DNA from: a virus
Length of the DNA: 64,000 nucleotides
Strand: one strand, 5' to 3'
Virus record (IMG/VR): IMGVR_UViG_3300010399_000006
Coordinates: 1 to 64,000 of that record
In this document: piece by piece, positions 1-8,094 of the stretch
Numbering within the stretch: the first letter of the stretch is position 1
Layout of the letters: each line of letters opens with the position of its first letter
Made by a program: the position numbers and the translations under genes
Notes under the pieces: generated by a model
The model's database searches: none
Seen by the model: the letters and a program-made list of their open reading frames with translations, nothing else
Told to the model about the DNA's origin: nothing

Positions 1-5
1 ACTGC

Positions 6-551
6 GTGATCATTCAGGGGTTAGCTCAATTGGTAGAGCGTCGGCGTGCTAGGCTTCGGCCTAGCCACATGCCGGAGGTTGGTGGTTCGACTCCATCACC
101 CCTGACCAAATCACCGTTCAGCATCTCGTGGAACGAGTCTGTTGGACTGCCGGAGTGCCCATACCTGCGGCGTTGGGTTTTTGACTTCGGAGCGTTCTCA
201 ATCCGCGTCCACCGTTGGCAGTCATCCGACGATGAGCGCGCGTTCCACGACCATCCGTGGTGGTTCTTAACTCTGGTTCTGTGGGGCTCGTACGTCGATT
301 CCTCGCCCTCCGGTCGCGACCTATTACGAATCGGCTCCGTTCGTTGCCGCTCAGCAAACCACCGCCATACCGTTGAAGTCCTAAAACCCGGTACGTGGAC
401 GATTCTCATCACCGGCCGGGCTTCTCGCCGTTGGGGCTTCTGGGTCGATGACAAGCTACTACGTCGCGACAAGTACTTTGCTGAACACGGCCACCATCCG
501 TGCACTTCAGGATCTCCGGTACGAATGCGGCCTGATGGTAGTCGCATATAG
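6..551 (+). CDS. cupin-fold phage protein (start may be ATG at 69)
   Basis: PYLRRW...SDDERAFHDHPW...GSY...HRH...WGFW pattern typical of phage cupin-like proteins. Confidence 0.65.
   Translation: MIIQGLAQLVERRRARLRPSHMPEVGGSTPSPLTKSPFSISWNESVGLPECPYLRRWVFDFGAFSIRVHRWQSSDDERAFHDHPWWFLTLVLWGSYVDSSPSGRDLLRIGSVRCRSANHRHTVEVLKPGTWTILITGRASRRWGFWVDDKLLRRDKYFAEHGHHPCTSGSPVRMRPDGSRI
15..108 (+). tRNA. tRNA-like element (Pro-like body) with anticodon loop replaced or interrupted by a UUCG hairpin
   Basis: Acceptor CAGGGGT/ACCCCTG plus A-CCA; D arm GCTC/GAGC; T arm GGTGG-TTCGACT-CCATC; anticodon stem TCGGC/GCCGG encloses 25 nt including GCTAGGC-TTCG-GCCTAGC. Confidence 0.8.
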
Positions 552-562
552 TTGGGACAATC

Positions 563-2239
563 GTGACCCGGCCGTTCCCCCCACCATCAGCATTCGGTGC
601 TCCATCGCGATATACCGACTGGAGACCGGAACAACTGAAAGCACTCTTTCAGGTCTCCGACAGCGAGAAGATCTACCGCCAAGTCCTAGCCCCATGTGGG
701 TCTGGGAAAACGCTCCTCGCACAGATGCTCATTGCCATGCACGGCGGTCGCGGTCTGATCCTCACTGAACTCCTCGGGTTGATGGATCAGCACATCGAGG
801 ACGCCCGTGGGAGTGGATACAAGATTGCCGATCTGCGTGGAGCTGGTAACTATCCGTGTCCGGTACTCCAGCGCGGCGGTAGATACGCCCACCTAGCCGA
901 CTCCCGCCGTGGTACTAATTGCGACGCCGGTCCGTGCAGATCCGGTCTACCGTGCCACCTGCGTACTAACGGGTGTCCGTACTACGATGCCGAAAAGCGA
1001 GCCCGAGAAGCGGACATCGTAGTCAGTAACTACGCAAAGTGGTTAGTGACCGACGAAGATAGCGAATCGTTGGGTAAGTTCGATTGGTTAATACTTGACG
1101 AAGTCCATCAAGTGCCCCGTTCAGTGGCTAATGCAATGCGGATCGACATTAATCTGGAACAAATCGGAGAGTTACTTAGCATTCGCACTCCTGATCCCCG
1201 ACGATCACCGATCCGTGACTGGTACGAGTGGAGCCAACTGGTCGTTGGTAGGTCTGTCGATCGCCACAACCAACTAAAGGAAGAACTGAAACTAGCCCGC
1301 GAAACTGGCACGGTAGATCGATACGACATGGACAGACTGGCTGGTCTCCAACACGTCGTACGTACCGCCGACAAGTTGCAGAAACTCCGTTCCGGCGAGT
1401 GGATCGTTACTCAGCCTGCCAGTCGATCGATCAGATTCGAGGTTCTATGGCCACGTGAGTACTGCGATAAGTTACTCTTCAGAGGTATCCCCAATGTGGT
1501 AGGTCTCAGTGCCACCGCTCCGAGGAAGACGTTCAACTACCTCGGACTCGACGACGACGAATTCGACTTCTTTGAGTTACCGTCGTCGTTCCCCATCGCC
1601 AATCGCCCGGTGTATGTAATTCCGTTCGGCTATGTGCAGTGGAATATGACTGCCGACTCGATACGGAAGTGGATCAACGGTATTGATACGCTGTTCGGCA
1701 AGCACGGCGACGGACGTAAGGTTTTGGTAGATACCATCAGCTATAAGTGGCAGAATACCCTACTGGAGAACTCACGCTACTCCCACAGGATGATTGCCAA
1801 CAGAGACTCCAAAGACACCGCTAGAGCTGTGGAGTACTTCCGCAGTCCGGAGTCGCCGGATGACTCTATTCTGGTTGGACCGTCGTTCAGCGGTGGGTAC
1901 AACTTTCCTGGTCGAGCGTGTGAGCTGGCAATTGCGTGCAAGCTGCACTTTCCTGATATGCGCGATCCGGTGACCAAAGCGCGGTGCGATTCTGATCCGA
2001 CGTTTAAACCGTACGAGATGATGCAGCGGTTGCAGCAGTTCGCCGGTCGGTTAGTGCGGAGCCGTCGAGATCGGGGGATGACAGTGATCGCCGATGGGCA
2101 TGCCATGAGGTTTTTCGACCCAGCGGAGGGCAATCGGAGGTACGCCGCAAAGTACTTTTTGGATGCTGTACAGGTGGTGAGGAGTGGGTTGTTGCCGAAG
2201 CCATTGCCGAAGTTGACTGATGAGGAGATCGGTGAATGA
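563..2239 (+). CDS. DinG/Rad3-type SF2 helicase
   Basis: Walker A APCGSGKT; Cys cluster ending CPYY; DEVH; SAT; motif VI QQFAGRLVRSRRDRG. Confidence 0.85.
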   Translation: MTRPFPPPSAFGAPSRYTDWRPEQLKALFQVSDSEKIYRQVLAPCGSGKTLLAQMLIAMHGGRGLILTELLGLMDQHIEDARGSGYKIADLRGAGNYPCPVLQRGGRYAHLADSRRGTNCDAGPCRSGLPCHLRTNGCPYYDAEKRAREADIVVSNYAKWLVTDEDSESLGKFDWLILDEVHQVPRSVANAMRIDINLEQIGELLSIRTPDPRRSPIRDWYEWSQLVVGRSVDRHNQLKEELKLARETGTVDRYDMDRLAGLQHVVRTADKLQKLRSGEWIVTQPASRSIRFEVLWPREYCDKLLFRGIPNVVGLSATAPRKTFNYLGLDDDEFDFFELPSSFPIANRPVYVIPFGYVQWNMTADSIRKWINGIDTLFGKHGDGRKVLVDTISYKWQNTLLENSRYSHRMIANRDSKDTARAVEYFRSPESPDDSILVGPSFSGGYNFPGRACELAIACKLHFPDMRDPVTKARCDSDPTFKPYEMMQRLQQFAGRLVRSRRDRGMTVIADGHAMRFFDPAEGNRRYAAKYFLDAVQVVRSGLLPKPLPKLTDEEIGE

Positions 2240-2526
2240 TCTACTCCGCATGGGCTTTAGTGTCTGTTCTGTTCGTCGCTCTGGTCACCACAAAACTGGA
2301 AATGGGTAGTCGTGCTGAGTGGAAACGGCGATACGAAGCGGAGGCTGAGCGTCATAGGCATACACACTCACTCTGGCTTAAGACCGTTCATGAGAACGCT
2401 GCCAACGGTTATCACCACGCTAAGCTCGCCCGCCGCATCCATCGTCAACGGGAGGAGATCAAGAAACTGAAGTTAGCCCTTCGTGGGACGGCTACCGTGC
2501 CGACAATAATGAGGTCGGGTGAATAG
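2236..2526 (+). CDS. hypothetical protein, N-terminal TM plus coiled coil
   Basis: ATGA overlap with helicase stop; hydrophobic N-terminus. Confidence 0.55.
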   Translation: MIYSAWALVSVLFVALVTTKLEMGSRAEWKRRYEAEAERHRHTHSLWLKTVHENAANGYHHAKLARRIHRQREEIKKLKLALRGTATVPTIMRSGE

Positions 2527-2886
2527 ATGGATCGGTTGGGACGTGCTGACGGTACCAGTGCAAAGGAACGACGTGCCGTACGTATGTCCAAGCGCGGGCT
2601 GGTTACCTTCGGCAAAGGCCGTCCGCGTGGACTGCATCAGCGCGAAATCCTTGCCTACCTCGTGGAGGAGCGCGGAGATACGTGCGGGATCTGCAACCGG
2701 GCGCTTGGCGAGTTGGCCCTGTGCAACATTGACCACATCATCCCGCTCGGCAAGGGCGGTACCAACGCGTGGTCCAATCTCCAACCAGCGCACATCGTGT
2801 GCAACAACGCCAAGGGAGACACCATCGGATTCACCATAACTGACAGCACTGGAGGTGACCTACAGATCAGCGAAGAAAGTTCTTGA
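2527..2886 (+). CDS. HNH endonuclease
   Basis: CGIC...DHIIPLGKGG...NLQPAHIVCNNAKG. Confidence 0.85.
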   Translation: MDRLGRADGTSAKERRAVRMSKRGLVTFGKGRPRGLHQREILAYLVEERGDTCGICNRALGELALCNIDHIIPLGKGGTNAWSNLQPAHIVCNNAKGDTIGFTITDSTGGDLQISEESS

Positions 2887-2911
2887 CACACCGTCAGACC
2901 AGCAGTAACGT
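2883..2911 (+). promoter_or_regulatory. sigma70-type promoter
   Basis: TTGACA-17 bp-TAACGT upstream of ORF 2997. Confidence 0.55.
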
Positions 2912-2996
2912 ACCCACTCACCTAGCGGTACTTACCAAATCAGTACGTACCACTACACATCCAGCAACCAGTAACTAGAAGGAAAGGACAAACTGT

Positions 2997-3935
2997 ATGC
3001 CGAGTGCAGCAAAAGCAGATCTACTCCGTGGACCCAAGCGGCTCGATGATGTCGATTTCATCTTCCACAACCCCCGATTCGAGGAACGAGAGAAAACCAA
3101 CGGCGGACTCACCGCCGCGTTCTTCATCGCCGATCTCGAACTCAACGATGGCCACCAGGAGGAGACGGCGTGGGAGATCGCCCCGGTGGATTGGCTCAAC
3201 GATCGCGACAGTGGCGAACCAAAGGCTCAGGTCACCGAGGATGGCAAGTTCATCGACGTGGACGAGCAGAACCCGTATCAGATCAGCGGCGCCAGCGAGG
3301 CCGGGGCGCTGTTTCAGTCGTTGGAGGACAACGGCATCAGCAGCTCCGTGATGGCGCGTTTGTGTGCCGAACCGGAAGTGCTGGAGGGCGTCAAGGTCCA
3401 CGGTATCCAGCAGGCCACCGGTAGAACGTACGTGTCGAAGAAGGGTGCACGGAAGGGCCAGACCATCGAGGTGACCGTGCTGGTGGCCGAGTCGGTCATC
3501 GAAGACCCCAACACCGACACGAAGAAGAAAACGGCTGCTAAGGCCGGTGCCAAGCCCACTGCTGGTGCCAAGCCCGTGGGTCGTCCGCCGCGCAAGCCCG
3601 AGCCGGAACCCGAACCGGAAGAGGAATCCACCGAGGAAGAAGGTATCTCGGAGTTGGATCAGACAGGTATCGATACAGTCCAGAAGATCTTTGCGTCGGT
3701 CGTTAGCAAGACTCCACGGGAGTACGTTAGGACGTTCTCTCCTCGTCAGTACGACGGCGGTGTACAGATCGCGCAGATGGGGGCTGGTGCGATGATGGCC
3801 TACAAGGGCAAGCAGCCGCCCAAATCGAATCTAGTTAAGATCCTGACGGACCCGAATTGGGCTGAGCAATTCGCCGAAGTTGGCGGGTGGACGTTCGACC
3901 GGAAGAAGGGGATCTACTTCCCCGTGACCGATTAG
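2997..3935 (+). CDS. hypothetical replication-module protein (possible SSB-like)
   Basis: Strong RBS AAGGAAAGGA; basic then acidic low-complexity linker; position in replication module. Confidence 0.6.
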   Translation: MPSAAKADLLRGPKRLDDVDFIFHNPRFEEREKTNGGLTAAFFIADLELNDGHQEETAWEIAPVDWLNDRDSGEPKAQVTEDGKFIDVDEQNPYQISGASEAGALFQSLEDNGISSSVMARLCAEPEVLEGVKVHGIQQATGRTYVSKKGARKGQTIEVTVLVAESVIEDPNTDTKKKTAAKAGAKPTAGAKPVGRPPRKPEPEPEPEEESTEEEGISELDQTGIDTVQKIFASVVSKTPREYVRTFSPRQYDGGVQIAQMGAGAMMAYKGKQPPKSNLVKILTDPNWAEQFAEVGGWTFDRKKGIYFPVTD

Positions 3936-4040
3936 TATTTCTAAGTTGCAAGCGGCGGGCTGGCGTCGTCACATCTCAGCTAGTGGAAGGGGTGACAATC
4001 TGAGTAACCACCCTACCAGCACCGTTGGATTTGAGTTCGA

Positions 4041-4754
4041 GTGGAATCCGCCAGAATGCTAATCCGTAGACGCCCACTCGAACTCAAATCTCAACTCTAC
4101 TCTCGGGAGTACAACGTAGATCGTTCCATTGGCTGCCATCTTATGGATGTAGTGAATTATGTCGATAAAGTTGGCGGTCACTCCAAGCAGCGTACCGACG
4201 TATCACAACGAATGCTCGAATCAATGGCTACCGTAGGATTCACATGGGAGCACGTCGCCGCGCGAACCGAACAGATAGAACTAGCTCTCAGTCTAGAAGC
4301 AATGCGAATGGAGTACGTACACCGGCCGGAACTGATCTTCCCTGGAGAGCTGTTCTGGTGCCAACAGTGTGACGACGTACTCCAAGGTGGACTGATCGCC
4401 AAGGAGCACTGCAAGAGCCGAAAACACAACGGGATCTTCTTCACTCCTGACGGCATCAACACCGCACGGCAACGAGTAGCGGAGTTCAAGTTTACGTGGG
4501 TGAGTAGCAGTAGAACTGGCGACGATCACATGGACGGGATCTGGAAATGGCCCGTTCAGAACATGGCGTACTGCTACGGTACTGGGTATCTGATGGGTGA
4601 GTTGAAAGCGGTGTTCGTCGTGGGGGACTATAAACAGAGTACGTACGAACCGTTCCCCGAGGCGTATGAGTTTGATCTGGATTACAGCCAGAGAGAGCTA
4701 GATGAGAACTTTAGTTTGATCGTGAACAATGCTAGAGCACTGGAGTGGATCTGA
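4041..4754 (+). CDS. PD-(D/E)XK exonuclease-like protein
   Basis: GFTWEH...TPDG...AEFKFTW...QNMAY motif order. Confidence 0.65.
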   Translation: MESARMLIRRRPLELKSQLYSREYNVDRSIGCHLMDVVNYVDKVGGHSKQRTDVSQRMLESMATVGFTWEHVAARTEQIELALSLEAMRMEYVHRPELIFPGELFWCQQCDDVLQGGLIAKEHCKSRKHNGIFFTPDGINTARQRVAEFKFTWVSSSRTGDDHMDGIWKWPVQNMAYCYGTGYLMGELKAVFVVGDYKQSTYEPFPEAYEFDLDYSQRELDENFSLIVNNARALEWI

Positions 4755-5192
4755 ATGACAACTCGAATAGATAGATTCATCGGTAAGTACCGCTGGTTGT
4801 CCAACTTCGCTCCGGTGAACGTGTTGCTGGATGGTGTTCTATATCCCACTGTCGAACACGCATATCAGGCGGCTAAGACGGAGGACACCAACGAAAGACT
4901 ATCAATCTACGACTGCGATAGTCCTGGTGGAGCCAAGAGGCTCGGCAGGAAAGTGACACTCCGATCAGATTGGGAGTCCGTCAAGGTCGATGTCATGAAC
5001 GATCTCCTGCAGCAGAAGTTCCGCCAACCTCAGTACCGTCTTCAGCTTCTCCAAACTGGAGACGCCACGATCGTCGAGGGCAACAATTGGGGCGACTCCT
5101 ATTGGGGAGTCTGTAGAGGAGAGGGTCAGAACATGCTCGGCAAGATCATCATGAGAGTGAGAGAAGAACTGTTGGCAGAGGAGAATCAATGA
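4755..5192 (+). CDS. NADAR family protein (YbiA-like)
   Basis: LSNF, YPTVEHAYQAAK, AKRLGR, DWESVK, KF.Q, LLQTGD, D.YWG, GQNMLGKIIMRVR. Confidence 0.93.
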   Translation: MTTRIDRFIGKYRWLSNFAPVNVLLDGVLYPTVEHAYQAAKTEDTNERLSIYDCDSPGGAKRLGRKVTLRSDWESVKVDVMNDLLQQKFRQPQYRLQLLQTGDATIVEGNNWGDSYWGVCRGEGQNMLGKIIMRVREELLAEENQ

Positions 5193-6079
5193 CTCCAGTG
5201 AGTAGATCTACACCGGCAAGCAAATCGGTACGTACTGACAACGACTACATCGATCCACCAGAACCCCAACGCAAAACGATCTGTCTGATCTTCTCCCTAA
5301 CGGGCGAGGGGAAATCGACTATGGGTCTGAAGTACGTACCTGGGCCGGTCAGCTACCACGATGTAGACAATCGTGGATTCAACGCCTGCAAAAAAGCCAG
5401 ATCCGAGGGTAAGGTAGTCCGTTACCTGGATCTGGACTACCCACGACACATCGCCGACATGGACGAAAAAGAGGCAATGGCCGCCGCCAAGTCGGTGATC
5501 GATCGTCATTGGAAAAATCTGGAGTGGTCCGTCCGTGAATCAGAGAAAGGTAACGTTCGTACGATCACTTGGGACACCGCCAGCGAATTAGCCGATATCG
5601 TGAACATCATGTTCACTGGCAGGCCGGAACGCCGTGGCGACGACTACGGTGCCAGCTCCAACATGGTCAAGGTGGAGCTGATGAAGATGATCAAGACCGT
5701 CCGCAACGAAGGCAACGCCAATCTGGTGATGCTCGCCCACGCCAAAGAAGTGTGGGAGAAGGCCGGTACCACCAGCAGCGGCAAAGAGAAACGAGCCGCC
5801 ACTGGTAAGTACACATTCAGAGGACCGGCTGAACTGGCGTCCAGCGCTGATTGGGCCGGTCACCTGCGACTGGCGGCGACAAGTGTCAAGGCGCGGGCGA
5901 GTGAGAAGAGCAAGTTGCACGAACTGGAGATCACCAAGGCGGGGATTATTCTGTCAACCCTCGGGGACGTGTATACCGAACAGCAGTGGGGAGAGCCGGA
6001 CGACGGTGGGTATGGACCGTTCGCGTTTGCCTGCTCGATGCAGCACATCGATAGCACTCCAGAGGACTGGATGGAATGA
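5189..6079 (+). CDS. P-loop ATPase (AAA_24/Sak4-like)
   Basis: Walker A-like SLTGEGKST; ITWDT Walker B; LVMLAH strand. Confidence 0.65.
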   Translation: MTPVSRSTPASKSVRTDNDYIDPPEPQRKTICLIFSLTGEGKSTMGLKYVPGPVSYHDVDNRGFNACKKARSEGKVVRYLDLDYPRHIADMDEKEAMAAAKSVIDRHWKNLEWSVRESEKGNVRTITWDTASELADIVNIMFTGRPERRGDDYGASSNMVKVELMKMIKTVRNEGNANLVMLAHAKEVWEKAGTTSSGKEKRAATGKYTFRGPAELASSADWAGHLRLAATSVKARASEKSKLHELEITKAGIILSTLGDVYTEQQWGEPDDGGYGPFAFACSMQHIDSTPEDWME

Positions 6080-7038
6080 CTGTATTGATTGACCCTTGCG
6101 GAGGTTCGGTCGATCTACACCAACTCCTCCCTCGTGGTGGTTCCGTACTTAGTGATCTCCTTCTGGTCGGTTCCAACAACCGCGCTGACGCCGCGTGGTT
6201 CGGCAACGGTCCCGATCCGTCGCGACCGCCGTACATCGGTGTCGAGAGGAAGAGGCTAGGCGATGCCCTCCAATGTATGCAGGACGGTCGATTGGTAGAA
6301 CAGCTTCGAGGCATGGTCACTACCTACAACCACGCTTGGGTGCTGATCGAAGAGGAGATCAGATCCAATCCCACCAATGGCCTGCTGGAGAAACTACTCC
6401 ACGACAGATCCAAGAAAACCGGCAAGCGCGGCGGTGGTAGTGGCACCAGGCATTTCAACTGCAACTCCAAGTGCCGGTGGGTTCCGGCATCGGTAGGTAC
6501 AAAGCGTAAACTTATGTGGCGCGATTTCCGTCACTGGTTATCGTCACTGATTCACGTAGCTACCGAGGAGAGTGGAGTCATCGTACGTCACGAGTTCACC
6601 CGGAACCCTACCGAGACTGCCGACTTCCTGTGGACCGAGTACACATGGTGGCAGAAGGATTGGAAGGACCACGACAGCCTGAAGGTGTTCAATACTTCAG
6701 GACCACTGCCCAATATGAAGCCCTGCGTGTGCGATCATCCCAAGGCCAGCCACGAGGGCAGACGCAGTAAGTGTGCTCGGTGTTCGTGTGACCGGTACGA
6801 GCAGGCGAGGACGGTATCTACCCTGATTGCTCCACCTGATGTAGCTAGATATGCCAAGGAAACTGATGGAGTTGGCTGGGACCGGGCGCTGGCTCTGGCG
6901 GATAAGTTCGCGTCGGTGCGAGAGCTGTTCAACGCCGGTGCGGATGATCTGGTGATCAAGGGCGTGATAGGTAGGAAGTTGGCGGAGGGGATGGAGAGGC
7001 AGTGGACTAGGGAGCGGACGATACGGAGGCCGAAATGA
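6076..7038 (+). CDS. ERCC4/XPF-type nuclease with C-terminal HhH
   Basis: AD...IGVERKRLGD...DGRLVEQL...VLIEE; GVG..RA and GVIG HhH motifs. Confidence 0.8.
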   Translation: MTVLIDPCGGSVDLHQLLPRGGSVLSDLLLVGSNNRADAAWFGNGPDPSRPPYIGVERKRLGDALQCMQDGRLVEQLRGMVTTYNHAWVLIEEEIRSNPTNGLLEKLLHDRSKKTGKRGGGSGTRHFNCNSKCRWVPASVGTKRKLMWRDFRHWLSSLIHVATEESGVIVRHEFTRNPTETADFLWTEYTWWQKDWKDHDSLKVFNTSGPLPNMKPCVCDHPKASHEGRRSKCARCSCDRYEQARTVSTLIAPPDVARYAKETDGVGWDRALALADKFASVRELFNAGADDLVIKGVIGRKLAEGMERQWTRERTIRRPK

Positions 7039-7532
7039 TTGTAGCTGGCACTGGACACCGCCCTGACAAACTCGGCGGATATAGACAGTCTGTATTAGAT
7101 CGGCTGATTGACCTTGCGTTGGATTCTCTACGCTCCATCAAACCAAAACTGGTAATCACTGGTATGGCTCTCGGTTGGGATACGGCGTTAGCTCTGGCAT
7201 CGATTGAGCTGGGAGTGCCGTTCCATGCGTACGTACCGTTCAAGGGTCAGGAATTGGCGTGGCCGAAGGATAGCCAGATCAAGTATAGGGATCTACTGAA
7301 GTCGTCCGACAAGGTAGTGGTCTGTTCGCCGGGAGACTACTCGAATGAGAAGATGCAAATCAGAAACGAGCAGATGGTCAACGATTCTGATCTGCTGATG
7401 GCTCTTTGGAATGGCTCACCCGGTGGGACTAGAAACTGCCTAGAGTACGCCGGTAGTGTCAAACGTAAAATCGTGAACGTATGGCCGTACTGGATCAAAC
7501 ACTACCGCAAGTGCCCAAACCAGCACATCTAG
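7035..7532 (+). CDS. SLOG family protein (YspA/DUF1273-like)
   Basis: GTGHRP, ITGMALGWD, YVPFKGQE, RNEQMVN, WNGSPGGT. Confidence 0.88.
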   Translation: MIVAGTGHRPDKLGGYRQSVLDRLIDLALDSLRSIKPKLVITGMALGWDTALALASIELGVPFHAYVPFKGQELAWPKDSQIKYRDLLKSSDKVVVCSPGDYSNEKMQIRNEQMVNDSDLLMALWNGSPGGTRNCLEYAGSVKRKIVNVWPYWIKHYRKCPNQHI

Positions 7533-7536
7533 TACG

Positions 7537-8094
7537 ATGGTCGGTCCCAATCAGCGTTACGGTCTGCTGACAACCATCCAGATAGACCACAAGTCTGGTG
7601 GCCGCAACTGGTGGCGCTGCCGTTGCGACTGCGGTAACTACACCACTATCCGCCAGGACTCTCTCCACAAGAACCGTAACCACTCATGTGGGTGTACCAG
7701 GAAGACCAGAAACCAGAAACACGGTGACTACCAGTCGAGTACGTACCAGTCGTGGCGAGCGATGCGGCGGAGATGTAATGATAAGAAGTTCGTATCGTAT
7801 CCGTTCTACGGTGCGTTGGGGGTAAGGGTTTGCGCCGAGTGGGACGATTCGGAGACCGGCTATCAGCAATTCCTAGCTGATATGGGGGAGCGGCCCGCTG
7901 GGATGACCCTGGATCGGAAAGACACCACCGGTGACTACACTCCAGGTAACTGTCGTTGGGCGACGAGGAAAGTTCAGGACTCTAATAAGCGTATGGCGGT
8001 GGAGACCAGAGAAGCAGCACAAGAGTTGGACTATTGGGAAGAACAAGAGCGGGAGTACCTGAAGGGGTTGGAGAACTCGGCTGATGAGGGTTAG
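7537..8094 (+). CDS. HNH-like homing endonuclease
   Basis: WRCRCDCG, SCGC, W..M..RC, TLDRKD..GDY.PGNCRWAT. Confidence 0.82.
   Translation: MVGPNQRYGLLTTIQIDHKSGGRNWWRCRCDCGNYTTIRQDSLHKNRNHSCGCTRKTRNQKHGDYQSSTYQSWRAMRRRCNDKKFVSYPFYGALGVRVCAEWDDSETGYQQFLADMGERPAGMTLDRKDTTGDYTPGNCRWATRKVQDSNKRMAVETREAAQELDYWEEQEREYLKGLENSADEG

Noticed and set aside
563-4754. DinG plus HNH plus Cas4-like nuclease as a type IV CRISPR module
   Set aside because: No Cas7/Cas5/Cas6 or array is present; the genes fit an ordinary phage replication module
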